DNA of 64,000 nt from Ostrea edulis (Eukaryota). Location: contig NC_079165.1 of assembly GCF_947568905.1 (NCBI RefSeq), positions 3,720,001 through 3,784,000 on the forward strand, written 5' to 3'. The stretch's first letter is position 1, and each line of letters starts with the position of its first letter. A program made the position numbers and the translations under genes. This document shows positions 39,332-51,188 of this stretch, one piece after another. The notes beneath the pieces were generated by a model, which worked only from the letters and a program-made list of their open reading frames with translations, was not told the origin of the DNA and did no database searches.

Positions 39332-42300
39332 ATGAAAAGATGCCGCAAAGGGATTCTTGGTGTAAAGAAAGACCCAAAGAACCAAATCCTATTTTCGTTT
39401 TCTGCAAGGGAAGGCGAAGAATGGCCTTCAGATGATTCAGACTCGGATTTCGTACCGTCAGATGAGGATGATAAACCGTATGTGATTTAGCATGTTTAAA
39501 ATGGAATTTAATTTTAACATGTTTAACAGGTTGGGAACACTTCCCCTATAGCGAGATATTCTCGCTAAAACGCGATTATCCCTCTCTAGCGAGAATAAAT
39601 ATATCCCGTACAACAGAGAAAAACACCCGCGGAGTACATCTTTTTGTCATTCATGTGAAAAGAAGAAAAAGTGCTAAAATGTCTGATACTTCTGCAAATA
39701 TATGAATCAAAACAAAAACACTCACGATGTGTATTGGATTTCAGACTGCTCCCCTCTTACGCAGCAACTTTGATATGCAATTTCATGACTATGTTGTCAA
39801 TTTCATATAAACAATTCGCATCATGTTGAGTGCGTGTCGCACTTATTCAGCGTTGCACGGGATTTGCCATTATTTTCAATAAAGACGCCAAAACTCCTGT
39901 TTATGGTATTGTTTATTTCTCGCTAAAGAGGGATAATCGTGTTTTAGCGAGAATATTTCGCTATAGGGGAAGTGTTCCCAACCTGTTTAATTCCAGCCAA
40001 GGTCTAAACTTAGATCACTGTACATATACAATGATTTGTAATATGTCTTGCGGCAGGACCGTGTTTGAGGGCGAAGCAAAAAGTACAATATTGGTATTAG
40101 TATTTATATTGCAGAATAAAAAAAATACAGGGATTAAAAAAAATCAAAAGTTATCCGGACGTGTACAGACAGCTGTGAAAGAATCTTATCTTGTTACACG
40201 ATTTTAGACATTTGCTTTGTCAATTCATTGAAAGCAGGAAATATACCGCAACTAATGTACAAAATGCATTGCAGCATCATATTTAATGTTGGTGTTTAGT
40301 AAATTTACAAACATAGGAGACCTGGTACAATCGAGGAGTGATTATATAATTGAGTAAATATGGTTTACATACTTTTACAGATTTTATGTAACATCTCAGA
40401 ATGACGTGAACTTAGGTAGACAGGATGGCAAAATACATGTTCTCGCGCTTGCATTCGAATGCCATTTTTACCAAAATTCTTAAGTTCCATTGTTGTGGTT
40501 TCATTTTTCATAAGTTTTTTATATTTTCCTTTTAAACATGTATATATATGTGTTACCTATATATAACTAGATACCAAACCTTTTAACTAGACAGATGAAT
40601 TCAATAACTAAATTTTTTAGTTGTTGTTGGTCATTAAAGTGTGGAGCATTTTACATCTATAGAGGGAATGAGACTGATTGGTGATGCTCAGCATGTGACA
40701 ATCTAATTAATATTAGATCAATTGATACTTAGATTGTTTTTGTAATTCTAGTTAGTAAACATTTGGATTTAATTATGATTCAGATTTAGTGTGTGAAATG
40801 TGTGATGGGGATCACCATCTTCGCTAGCCAAGGGTTTATGATCTGCTTTTCGCTTCTCTACAACCCTTGGCTACGTTAGCACGATTTATGTAGCTTTGAG
40901 TGGCGTCCTCTAGCGTATGGAAAAAATATTCTCTGTTTGGATTACATCATTTTTAACCAATTAAAATGCGTTTTAAGTACACTTTGTGTGTTGTTAAAAT
41001 AAAAATGGCTGCACCCAGTGAGTTGTACGATGTTATACGCAAACCCTCATGGCATAGTCTACACACCGCCATGTTGTATGGAGACTCTTTAGAAATCTGA
41101 TTAAATGGAAGTGTTTTGAAGATGAGGACTAATTGTTTACACATTCCATCGTCTTGCACGTGGTGTAACGTAACACGCTATCTGATTAGATGCAGGGAAC
41201 TTGGCCTGCATCCAATCATATGCAGGAAATTGTTGACACAGAAATCGTGCTAACTCAGCCAAGGGTTGTAGAGAAGCGGAGCAGTTCGTAATGGAGTAAA
41301 CCGTAGTGGAGTAAATTGATGAATAAAACTTTAAACTTGAAAATGCCTGTTAGGTCAAGATGTATAAGTATAAAATTGGGACAAATAAAGCCAGGTTTTT
41401 GTCACTTTTCATCTTATCATGACAATAGAACCTGCTTTCTATTTATGTTAAATTGATTATTTTGGGGTTTTTAATAGGAAAAAGAAGAGGCAAGCCAAAT
41501 CAGGTGTCAAATCAAGGACAGAGTCACCTGCGAAGCTAAATAATGCTCAGGAGAAAGGAGTCATTTGTGCCAGTCTGCCAGAGGAAATCTGGATTTACAT
41601 TTTTGGATTTGTTGTAAAAGAGACTGGTCCATTGCCTTTTCTATGCAGGTTACTCTTTGACAAAGAACATGTACATATCTAGGTATTTGTCTTAGAAATG
41701 GGACATGGCTACATCACATAAGGATTATTTTGAGAAGTACATTTATTTAAACATTACTTGAATTGATTTGTGATTAATTCATATTTCAATCTTTTCAGAG
41801 CAGCAAAAGTGTGCCAGTTATGGCGTAATATTGCAAGTCATCCGTCATTGTGGAGGAAAGTGGACTTGTCTTTTGGATGGATTCGTACCAAACGGGATAC
41901 GCTCCGTTGGTTAGTCCAGGAAAGGCTCACTCAGTGTGCAGAGATCAACCTCACAAATTGGGCCATAACAAACGATCAGCTCAAGGTCACATATTTATTG
42001 TCACTCACCAAAGAAAGGATGTTTCTGAATCTCATATGCATAATTCATTATATATACAGGGATCGAAATTAACTTTTTTCACTACTAGCAAATTTTAGCT
42101 TGTGGATTATTTTCCAACTAGCAAAATTGAGCTTTTACTAGCATTTTTCAATCGATTGCTGTTTTACAGGAATTTAAGAAAACAAGCATGTATCTATATC
42201 AAAATATAGGGAAAATCTTTTAAAATCTCCTTTAAAGTGCAATAATAAAAATAATATTGAGAATTCTTTCATTTAAATTTTAATGAATTATCAGACAACA

Positions 42301-45300
42301 TACATGTATCATTGGTGCATGATGAGGGTCATAGGGTACACTTGTGTGGCGAACTTGCTGTCCAGAGATCTACCACCTATTTACAACATCATGTGGTTTG
42401 AAATCTTGAAGACTGTTTGCGTCAATTCAAACTATATCTTCAAAACTTTTGGAAATTTCATCTAAAAAATTCTAGTTGAAAAATAACCGCGAACTCTTAA
42501 GTGTTTGACTATAGACTACAGAAGGACACTGCGTGAAGCGATGACACTGACACTTTCATGTGTTGTTTCATGTAAACACGGACAAGATCAACATGCTTGC
42601 TATTTAAATCAGACGTCTCCGAGACGCCCAAAGTGTGCATGAAGTAGGCCATCTTCGACATCACTGACTGAGATGACCTTGGCCTTAATTATTTATTCGA
42701 TTAAAGTTTACTTTTTCAATACTTGTACCTTCATTCTGTAAAGCATTTCTATGCACAAGACAAAATTGTTGTAAACTTCAAAGTACAGTCAATAAACCAA
42801 GGAAATCCAGAAAAAAGATGGGGTTTTTTTTTCACTTGTAAAAAGTTGCGATCACTTGTGATTTTTCACTCGCTATATCAATTTTTAACTCGCATTTAGC
42901 GAGTATTTCCCCTTAATTTCGTTGCCTGATATATATATACTTGTCTAAGAGTTGCTAGTACTGGTATATTGAAGAAGTAGATTTTTATCCTCCCTGCACA
43001 TCAAGTGAGCGATGCCCCACCAATTACTTTGCAGTTATTCTAAATACAAATCAATTTTGCAGATGGTTCTACAGAATTGTCACGAATTGAAGTCTATAAA
43101 TCTTTCACACTGTAAAAAGATATCTCAAGATGGATTCACAGCTTTGGTAGACAACTGCACAAATCTGCAGGGAGTGGATGTTTCATTTACCTCCGTATGT
43201 ATCTCTAAAAGTAGAAATCAACAAAATAATTGAATACTGGTTATTACAGAAATTTTGATAATACAGTCACACTTCATTATCTTGAACTTGATCACGCTTG
43301 GAAATTTTTTTAAGATATTAAGTTCATGATATTGAGGTTAAAATACAAAAAATAATGTAGTAAGGACTTCCCACTCACTTTGATATATCCATGGTATTCA
43401 AGATATCAATGTTTGATATACTAAAGTTAGAGGACTGTTGTTCAACCATTGTAAATTTACCTGTATGTAAGACACACAGTTTGAAGTCATATTTGCCTCA
43501 GATATCCAACACATTTTATTTATTTGCATGTATTAAAAGATTAGTGTTGGCACCCTGAAGGACATCACATTGAAACATGGGCTGCTCCAACTGAAAGAAT
43601 TACACTTAGGTGGGAATTACTACCTGAACTTTCCAGCTCTGGCAAACAGCATATTTGTAAGTAGACACATGTCCAGTGTTTTTGCCTTTGATATCTTTAC
43701 CAATTGTAATGATAACCATTTCGTCATGAATGTGTTGCAGTTGTGAACAATGCGTGTATGAATCTTGATGAATGTAGTATGTCTGTTTTAACAGCTGAGA
43801 TTTCCGACAGAAATGAAAGTAGAATGTAAATAAAAAGAATGAATTTCATTTTTGAAAATACATGAGGGTATGAACTGCAACGACACCAACATGAGCTGTT
43901 CATAAAGCACTAACGCTTTTAATCTAACAATTTATTTCATAATCTATCTGTCTACACAGCAATGTTAAAGCGTTTAGTGGTAAAGTTGTCTCCCTTGAGG
44001 TAGATGTAAAGGAACTTGCTGCTTTTTTTTTCTCCAGGAAAATTGTCCACAGCTTGAGGTTTTAGATGCATCCAACTGTCGATTTTCAGGAGACTATGTA
44101 AGCATGGATGTTCAGAAGTTTCAGACGGGCTGCCCAAAGTTGAGGGTACTTCGAATGGGGAGTTCCCAATTCAGGTTAAAGGTAACCCTTTCGGATTAAT
44201 GATTCTTCTAGAAACAACATCATTATTAGTCATTTTATACTCAGAGGAGCAGAATGGGGGAAATCACTGACTATACAGCAGGGTTAATTTTATGAATGAA
44301 CAAGTATAATTCCTTTTGGTATGTTGCACAGAAAACAAGTGGATCCCTGCCTGGGTTTGAAGAACTGAGAGAGCTGAGTTTGGGGTGCATAGATCTGAGT
44401 AAAAGTTGTGGAATCAGTACAGCTTTTGTTTATGAGTATGTCATATCATCAGTATTGCTTTTCTCTTGAAATATTTTGATTAATTGGCAAGGGTCACTTT
44501 AATTTAAACTGGAAAACAATTTTGACAAGAACTTTAGATGTGCTGTCATGGCAGTGAAGCTTGTGTCTTTCTATCTTCTGGTACACATAATGTAGTCATT
44601 ATATGCTTGAATTTTAGTATTCTAGTGAAATCTTCCAAGCTGAAGTTGTTGGATCTTGGAGGTTGCTGGAACATGGAGGACATGACCCCTCTTCTTGGCC
44701 TCCCTTTCACAGAGCTTGAACAGCTGTATCTGAGCAACTCCCCTATACGTCTCAATTACCTACTCGGACCTCTGCTTCAAAAGGTAAAAGGTTTTAAGAT
44801 TTTGTGTATATCAAGATGTTAACATTGCTTCTACAAGTGAAAATAATTTACGCTAAGATTTAGTGAATATATTGTGCACCCTGTATACCAGCACCTTATA
44901 TCAACCTATTCACATCTTATACCTTACACAAACCTATTCACATCTTTTACTTCACACAAACCTATTCATATCTTATACCTCACACAAACCTATTCACATC
45001 TTATACCTTACACAAACCTATTCACATCTTGTACCTCACATGAACCTATTCACATCTTATACCTCACACAAACCTATTCATATTTTATACCTCACACAAA
45101 CCTATTCACATCTTATACCTTACACGAACCTATTCACATCTTATACTTCACACAAACCTATTCACATTTTATACTTCACACGAACCTATTCACATCTTGT
45201 ACTTCACACAAACCTATTCACATCTTGTACCTCACACAAATCTATGCACATCTTGTACCTCACACAAACTTATTCACATCTTATACTTCACACAAATCTA

Positions 45301-46100
45301 TTCACATCTTGTACCTCACACAAACCTATTCACATCTTGTACCTCACACGAACCTATTCACATCTTATACTTCACACAAACCTATTCACATCTTGTACCT
45401 CACACAAACCTATTCACATCTTGTACCTCACACAAACCTATTCACATCTTATACTTCACACAAACCTATTCACATCTTATACCTCACACAAATCTATTCA
45501 CATCTTATACCTCACACAAATCTATGCACATCTTGTACCTCACACAAACCTATTCACATCTTATACTTCACACAAACCTATTCACATCTTGTACATCACA
45601 CAAACCTATTCACATCTTTTACCTCACACAAACCTATTCACATCTTGTACATCACACAAACTTATTCACATCTTATACTTCACACAAACCTATTCACATC
45701 TTATACCTCACACAAACCTATTCACGTCTTATACTTCACACAAACCTATTCACATCTTATACTTCACACAAACCTATTCACATGTTATACTTCACGCAAA
45801 CCTATTCACATCTTATACTTCACACAAACCTATTCACATCTTATACCGCACACAAATCTATGCACATCTTGTACCTCACACAAACCTATTCACATCTTGT
45901 ACCTCACATGAACCTATTCACATCTTATACCTCACGCAAACCTATTCACATCTTTTACTTCACACAAATCTATGCACGTCTTATACCTTACATCAACCTT
46001 CATACATCTTATATTAACCTATGCACTTCATACACCTTATATTAACCTATGCACTACATAACCTTATATTAACCTATGCACTACATACACCTTATTATAC

Positions 46101-46149
<49 letters not shown>

Positions 46150-47891
46150 GTGTCCGGGCCATAACTTCTTTGTTCTTTGACTTAGGCATACCATATTTGG
46201 CACACAGGTGGATCACCATGAGATGATGTGTTGAGTACCTTCATGACCTTGACCCTTGACCTCAAGGTCAAAATTAAAGGTTTTTTTTACAATGGATTCG
46301 TGTCCGGGCCATAACTTCTTTGTTCTTTGACATAGGCATACCATATTTGACACATGAGTGTATCACCATGAGATGATGTGTCATGTACCTTCATGACCTC
46401 TTTATGACCTTGACCTTTGATCTCAAGGTCAAAATTATAGGTTTATGCCATGGATTTGTGTTCAGACAAAGGCATAATATATTTTTACACTCAGGAAAGA
46501 GGTAATTTATACCTATTAACAACACCCTTTGGGAGATTGGGGTAAGTGGGGGTATTCTTGGTGAGCATTGCTCACAGTACCTCTTGTATTAACCTCATCT
46601 GAACCTGATGATATGCACCTCATACACCTATCTGAATCAGGATTATCTTGGTATGCTAATCTATGTATTTTGGAAATTTTTTTAATGTTTGTAAATTTTA
46701 CCTGTAAGATGTTTTTTAATGTTTGGAAATTTTACCTGTAAGATGTGTTTTACCTGTCGTTCCCAGTGTAACCACAGCCTTCGGATCCTCCACATTGACA
46801 AAAACATCTTCAAGGAAGACTCTCTAGATTCAGCATTACAGGAGCTCTTCCCTCAGTTCGGCAGTAGCCCCCTAGAAATGATCAGCGCTGCGGAAACCAA
46901 CATCAGCGAGTCCAGTGTTGAGTGAGTTTAGTGTATGGACAGTCTAGTGTTGAGTGAGTTTAGTGTATGGACAGTCTAGTGTTGAGTGAGTTTAGTGTAT
47001 GGACAGTCTAGTGTTGAGTGAGTTTAGTGTATGGATAATCTAGTGTTGAGTGAGTTTAGTGTATGGACAGTCTAGTGTTGAGTGAGTTTAGTGTATGGAT
47101 AATCTAGTGTTGAGTGAGTTTAGTGTGTGGACAGTGCAGTGTTGAGTGAGTTTAGTGTATGGACAGTCTAGTGTTGAGTGAGTTTAGTGTATGGACAGTG
47201 CAGTGTTGAGTGAGTTTAGTGTATGGATAATCTAGTGTTGAGTGAGTTTAGTGTGTGGACAGTGCAGTGTTGAGTGAGTTTAGTGTATGGACAGTCTAGT
47301 GTTGAGTGAGTTTAGTGTATGGACAGTGCAGTGCAGTGTTGAATGAGTTTAGTGCATGGATAATCTAGTGTTGAGTGAGTTTAGTGTATGGACAGTGCAG
47401 TGTTGAGTGAGTTTAGTGTATGGACAGTCTAGTGTTAAGTGAGTTTAGTGTATGGACAGTGCAGTGTTGAGTGAGTTTAGTGTATGGACAGTGCAGTGTT
47501 GAGTGAGTTTAGTGTATGGACAGTGCAGTGTTGAGTGAATTTAGTGTATGGACAGTCTAGTGTTGAGTGAGTTTAATGTATGGACAGTGAAGTGTTGAGT
47601 GAGTTTAGTGTATGGACAGTGCAGTGTTGAGTGAGTTTAGTGTATGGACAGTCTAGTGTTGAGTGTACTGTTTATACACTAAACTCACTCAACCATTAGA
47701 TTTTCCTAAATTATAATGAAAATAAGAGTAATAATAATTATTATGTAAAATCTTTCAGGATTATTCTGAGGCACTGTGGAAACCTGCAGTACATCAATCT
47801 GTCATCGTGCCGTGCTCTTCCTAGAGGGATCAAACGCGAGTACAGAAATGCAGAGATCAAAACACTAAAGTCATTCTGTGGAATCAAATGA
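39332..47891 (+). CDS. FBXL6: F-box/LRR-repeat protein 6-like; exons 39332-39477, 41478-41648, 41799-41985, 43063-43194, 43540-43656, 44038-44181, 44332-44435, 44618-44783, 46767-46921, 47759-47891
   Basis: Ten exons join in frame. F-box LPEEIWIYIFGFVVKETGPLPFLCRAAKVCQLWRNIASHPSLWRKVDLS; LRRs (CPQLEVLDASN, LQTGCPKLRVL); C-terminal INLSSCRALPRGIKREY, characteristic of FBXL6. Confidence 0.88.
39526..39987. mobile_element. MITE with ~80-bp TIRs (family A) in FBXL6 intron 1
   Basis: aacaggttgggaacacttcccctatagcgagatattctcgctaaaac.. mirrors ..gttttagcgagaatatttcgctataggggaagtgttcccaacctgtt. Confidence 0.85.
40851..41278. mobile_element. MITE with 37-bp TIRs
   Basis: cgcttctctacaacccttggctacgttagcacgattt / aaatcgtgctaactcagccaagggttgtagagaagcg. 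Confidence 0.8.
42057..42928. mobile_element. Non-autonomous TIR element (hAT-like CAGG termini) in a TA-rich site
   Basis: cagggatcgaaatta / taatttcgttgcctg; subterminal ctagc/ctcgc repeats. Confidence 0.55.
44900..46085. repeat. 28-bp minisatellite, about 42 copies, FBXL6 intron 8
   Basis: Unit cacacaaacctattcacatcttatacct. Confidence 0.95.
46090..46587 (+). mobile_element. Helentron-type element at the end of the 28-bp array
   Basis: (tctg)n, two ~150-bp internal repeats, 3' ggggtattcttggtgagcattgctcacagtacctcttgt shared with 49618-50065. Confidence 0.8.
46909..47665 (+). repeat. 32-bp minisatellite, about 23 copies, each containing the exon-9 donor GA|GTGAGT
   Basis: Unit agtctagtgttgagtgagtttagtgtatggac; the first unit overlaps the exon end at 46921. 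Confidence 0.95.
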
Positions 47892-49023
47892 GCATCACAC
47901 TACTGATCGAGGCTTCTCCAAGAGAATGTAACAGATTTTTAATCATGCATCAAGCCATAACTCAGCTAATCCATGAGTGTAGCGAGGTCCAAAAATATGC
48001 TGTTCCCTTCTATTCACAAATCGAGTTCAATGTATTAGGACTGCATTTCCTGTTTATATGAATCAGCTGAATGAACTTACTCAGGACTCCAAAGTATCCA
48101 TGTATAAACCTCGGGGATTTAAATTTTGTATGAAGACTTTTTAGCAAAAATATTTTGTATTTTTGGATAAAAATTATGTACAATATATATGTTAATGTAC
48201 ATTGATTTACAAACAGTATATGTTGCAAAATTTACCATATGAAATGTACATATTTCATTATATTAGTCAACAATACATTCTCACTGACATTTATTTAATA
48301 AATCAGTTCTTTGAACCATGTGTTTCATTTATGTTATATGACTCAATCTGTCATAATTATCTACCAATACTTTTATTATGGCTTTCTCAAGGTCATGCAC
48401 AGATCTCCATGGTCACAGAATGCTGTATATTTCAATATGGATCATCGTTCCATGTTTGCTTTGAACTTAATAGGTCATTAAGTTATCAAGTGCAATATTA
48501 GAAGGCTTGATAGTCTGGTACTTTTTGTGCAATCGTAATTGCACCAATTTATGACAAATGGCAAAATGCAATTATATTATATTGCCAAATGGTACCTTTC
48601 ATATGACTGCAAATTTTTAAAATAAAAATAATGGATACTGGAAATGTTTACCCCCATTTTATTTTCACTCGTCCAAAATGGGCAATTTTCAAAACTGAGT
48701 GAATTCAAATTTACTCATCTGTGAAAAGAAATAAATGGTTTATTGGAAGTTTAAAATGGGATGAAATCCAGATTAAATGCATGTGAAGGAAAATAACTCA
48801 AGAGTGAAAATTTCCCATTATACAACAAGTACATACACAGTCCCTTTCATTCAAGCTCATGCCACAATGTTCAGGACATTTTGAATTGTGAATTGAAAAT
48901 TATTGTTATCTTCTCAACCTGTGTATTCATATGAATCGCAATTTCTGTAGCCAATTATGACTCTACATCAAAATGCAAGAGTCTTGTAGTAATCGACATC
49001 CATTTTCCTTGAGCGAAAATCAA

Positions 49024-49135
49024 TGTGGCGACGAGACCTGCTTGCTCACTGGTGGCCAGATACCTCAGTTGGTAGAGTACATGACTGAAGATTCAGGGGG
49101 CCCGGGTTCGAATCCCTGTCTGGTCAATTGCATTT
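49024..49135 (+). mobile_element. tRNA-containing LTR (solo, diverged), cut in its tail by a Helentron-type element
   Basis: tgtggcg..gtggccagatacctcagttggtagagtac..ggttcgaatccctgtctggtc..gcatttt, resuming as ctccc after 50587. Confidence 0.7.
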
Positions 49136-50122
49136 TTAGGTCACCTGAATTCATTCAGGTGACCTATTGCTATCTGTTTTTGTCCGTCGTCGTTCGTCGT
49201 GCGTTAACATTTGAACATTTTCAGCTTCTTCTCTGAAACCCCTGAACCAATTTCAACCAATTTTGGCATATAGCATCTGTGGGTGGAGGGGAACAAAAAT
49301 TGTGAAATTCGTGGTCCCTGCCCCCCTGGGGCCTGAGGGGTGGGGCAAAAACCATCCAAATGAGTGTAATTTTAAAAAATCTTCTTCTTTACTCCTGGAC
49401 ATCAAGAAGCCAAACTGTGGGCATAATTATAATGAGCGTTGAGCCCTCTACCAAAATTGTGAAATTCATGGCCCCTGGGGCAGGGGTTCTTGTGTTAGGG
49501 TGGGGCTCTATTGGTCATATAGTGAAAGTGTAGAAATTCTTTGAAAATCTTCTTCTCTGTCTCTGGGTATTAAGTAGACAAACTAATAGCATGGTAATGA
49601 TGAGCATGGATGCCTCTTTATACCCCCCGCAACAAGTTGTGGGGGGGTATACTGGAATCGGGTTGTCCGTCTGTAGACGCAATGGTTTCCGGGCTCTAAA
49701 GCATTATCCTTTCCACCTACCGTCACCATATCATATATATGGACTACCCATGGGATGAAGATGTTCCCTATCGATTTTGGGGTCAAAAGGTCAAGCGCAC
49801 TGGACATTGAAGTAGCAATATGGTTTCCGGGCTCTAAAGCGTTATCCTTTCCACCTACAGTCACCATATCATATATATGGACTACCCATGGGATGAAGAT
49901 GTTCCCTATCGATTTTGGGGTCAAAAGGTCAAAGGTCATGCGCACTGGACATCGAAGTAGCAACACTCAGAAAAGAGGTAGTTTATACCTATTACCAACA
50001 CCATTTGGGAGATTGGGGTAAGCGGGGGGTATTCTTAGTGAGCATTGCTTACAGTACCTCTTGTTAAAAATTGTGAAATTCATGGCCCCTGGATCAGGGG
50101 TTCTGGTGCTAGGGTGGGGCTC

Positions 50123-50172
<50 letters not shown>

Positions 50173-50587
50173 GTCCTTGGGTATTAAGTAGACAAACCAA
50201 TAGTATGATTATGATGAGCAAGGATGCCTCTTTCAAAATTGTGAAATTTATGGCCCCTGGGTCAGGGGTTCTGGTATTAGGGTGGGGCCCTATTGATCAT
50301 ATAGTGAAAATGCATTTTATTTCTTTGAAAATCTTCTCCTCTGCTGCTGGGTATTAAGTAGACAAACTAATAGTATGATAATGATGATCAAGGATGCTTC
50401 TTTCAAAACTGAAATTTATGGCCCCTGGGTCAGGGGTTCTGGTGCAAAGGCGGGGCTGACCACATAGCTATTCAATGTTTCTTCCATCCAAAAGTAAAAT
50501 TCTTATATTTAAACACAAACCTAATTCAAACATTGGAAGGTTGTTACATGATATTCAGGTGACCTATAAGGCCCCTGGGCCTCTTGT
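49136..50587 (+). mobile_element. Helentron-type element with a second one nested at 49618-50065
   Basis: Outer: tttttaggtcacctga..tcaggtgacc hairpin, ~155-bp internal repeats, end caggtgacctataaggcccctgggcctcttgt. Inner: tttataccccccgc..gggggggtata to cctcttgtt, inserted at TT. Confidence 0.85.
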
Positions 50588-50622
50588 CTCCCTATTAATT
50601 CATTGCAATGACCAGTATGAAA

Positions 50623-50754
50623 TGCAATATAAGGAAAGAAGAAAATATAAGGCTGGACCAGGAATCAAACACTGGACCTGTGCATTACGAGCCAGGTGCG
50701 CTAACCACTGAGCTGTCCAGGTCAATATCTACGGTCCATGTAGGCGTAACTACA
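50623..50754 (-). mobile_element. tRNA-containing solo LTR of a second subfamily
   Basis: Reverse complement tgtagttacgcc..cctggacagctcagtggttagcgcacctggctcgtaatgcacaggtccagtgtttgattcctggtccagcc..attgca; about 132 bp, TG..CA. Confidence 0.6.
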
Positions 50755-50758
50755 ATAC

Positions 50759-50950
50759 TGGTGCCGTAGACAGAACTGTCGGGGATTAAAGATTCTGGGT
50801 AGACAATAAAGGAGGAAGGAATGTGGTGGTTTGACAGGTTCGATCACCGGTAGCTAGATAGCTCAGTTGGTAGAGCACCTGACTAGAGATTCAGGAGGCC
50901 AGGGTTCCAATCCCAGTCTAGTCCATTGCAATTTCTCCCTTCCTGTTACA
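50759..50950 (+). mobile_element. Partial tRNA-LTR TRIM: PBS, deleted interior, PPT and 3' LTR (50822-50950)
   Basis: tggtgccgtagac ... aaaggaggaaggaa|tgtggtgg..tagctcagttggtagagcacctgactagagattcagg..cctgttaca. Confidence 0.8.
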
Positions 50951-51188
50951 GATTAAATAACACAACCATGTAAAAATATTATAATCCTACCAACAAACAT
51001 GAATGTAAAACTGTAGTATTGTGACAGTCGGTCAAATTTGATTTCAGGTTTCATATAGCTCAGTAGCCCGAGCACCTGACAAGAGATTCTGGGGGGCCTG
51101 ATTTGAGTCCCAGAATTTCCAAACATTTTTCTTGTTCGAGTCGAGGAAAACAAATATGTAACTATAGAAAGATGAATGAACTATCTCT

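Noticed and set aside
44863-46045. Long ORFs (384, 345 and 282 aa) in FBXL6 intron 8
   Set aside because: All three plus frames are open only because the 28-bp unit lacks stop codons; no domain, signal or splice support.
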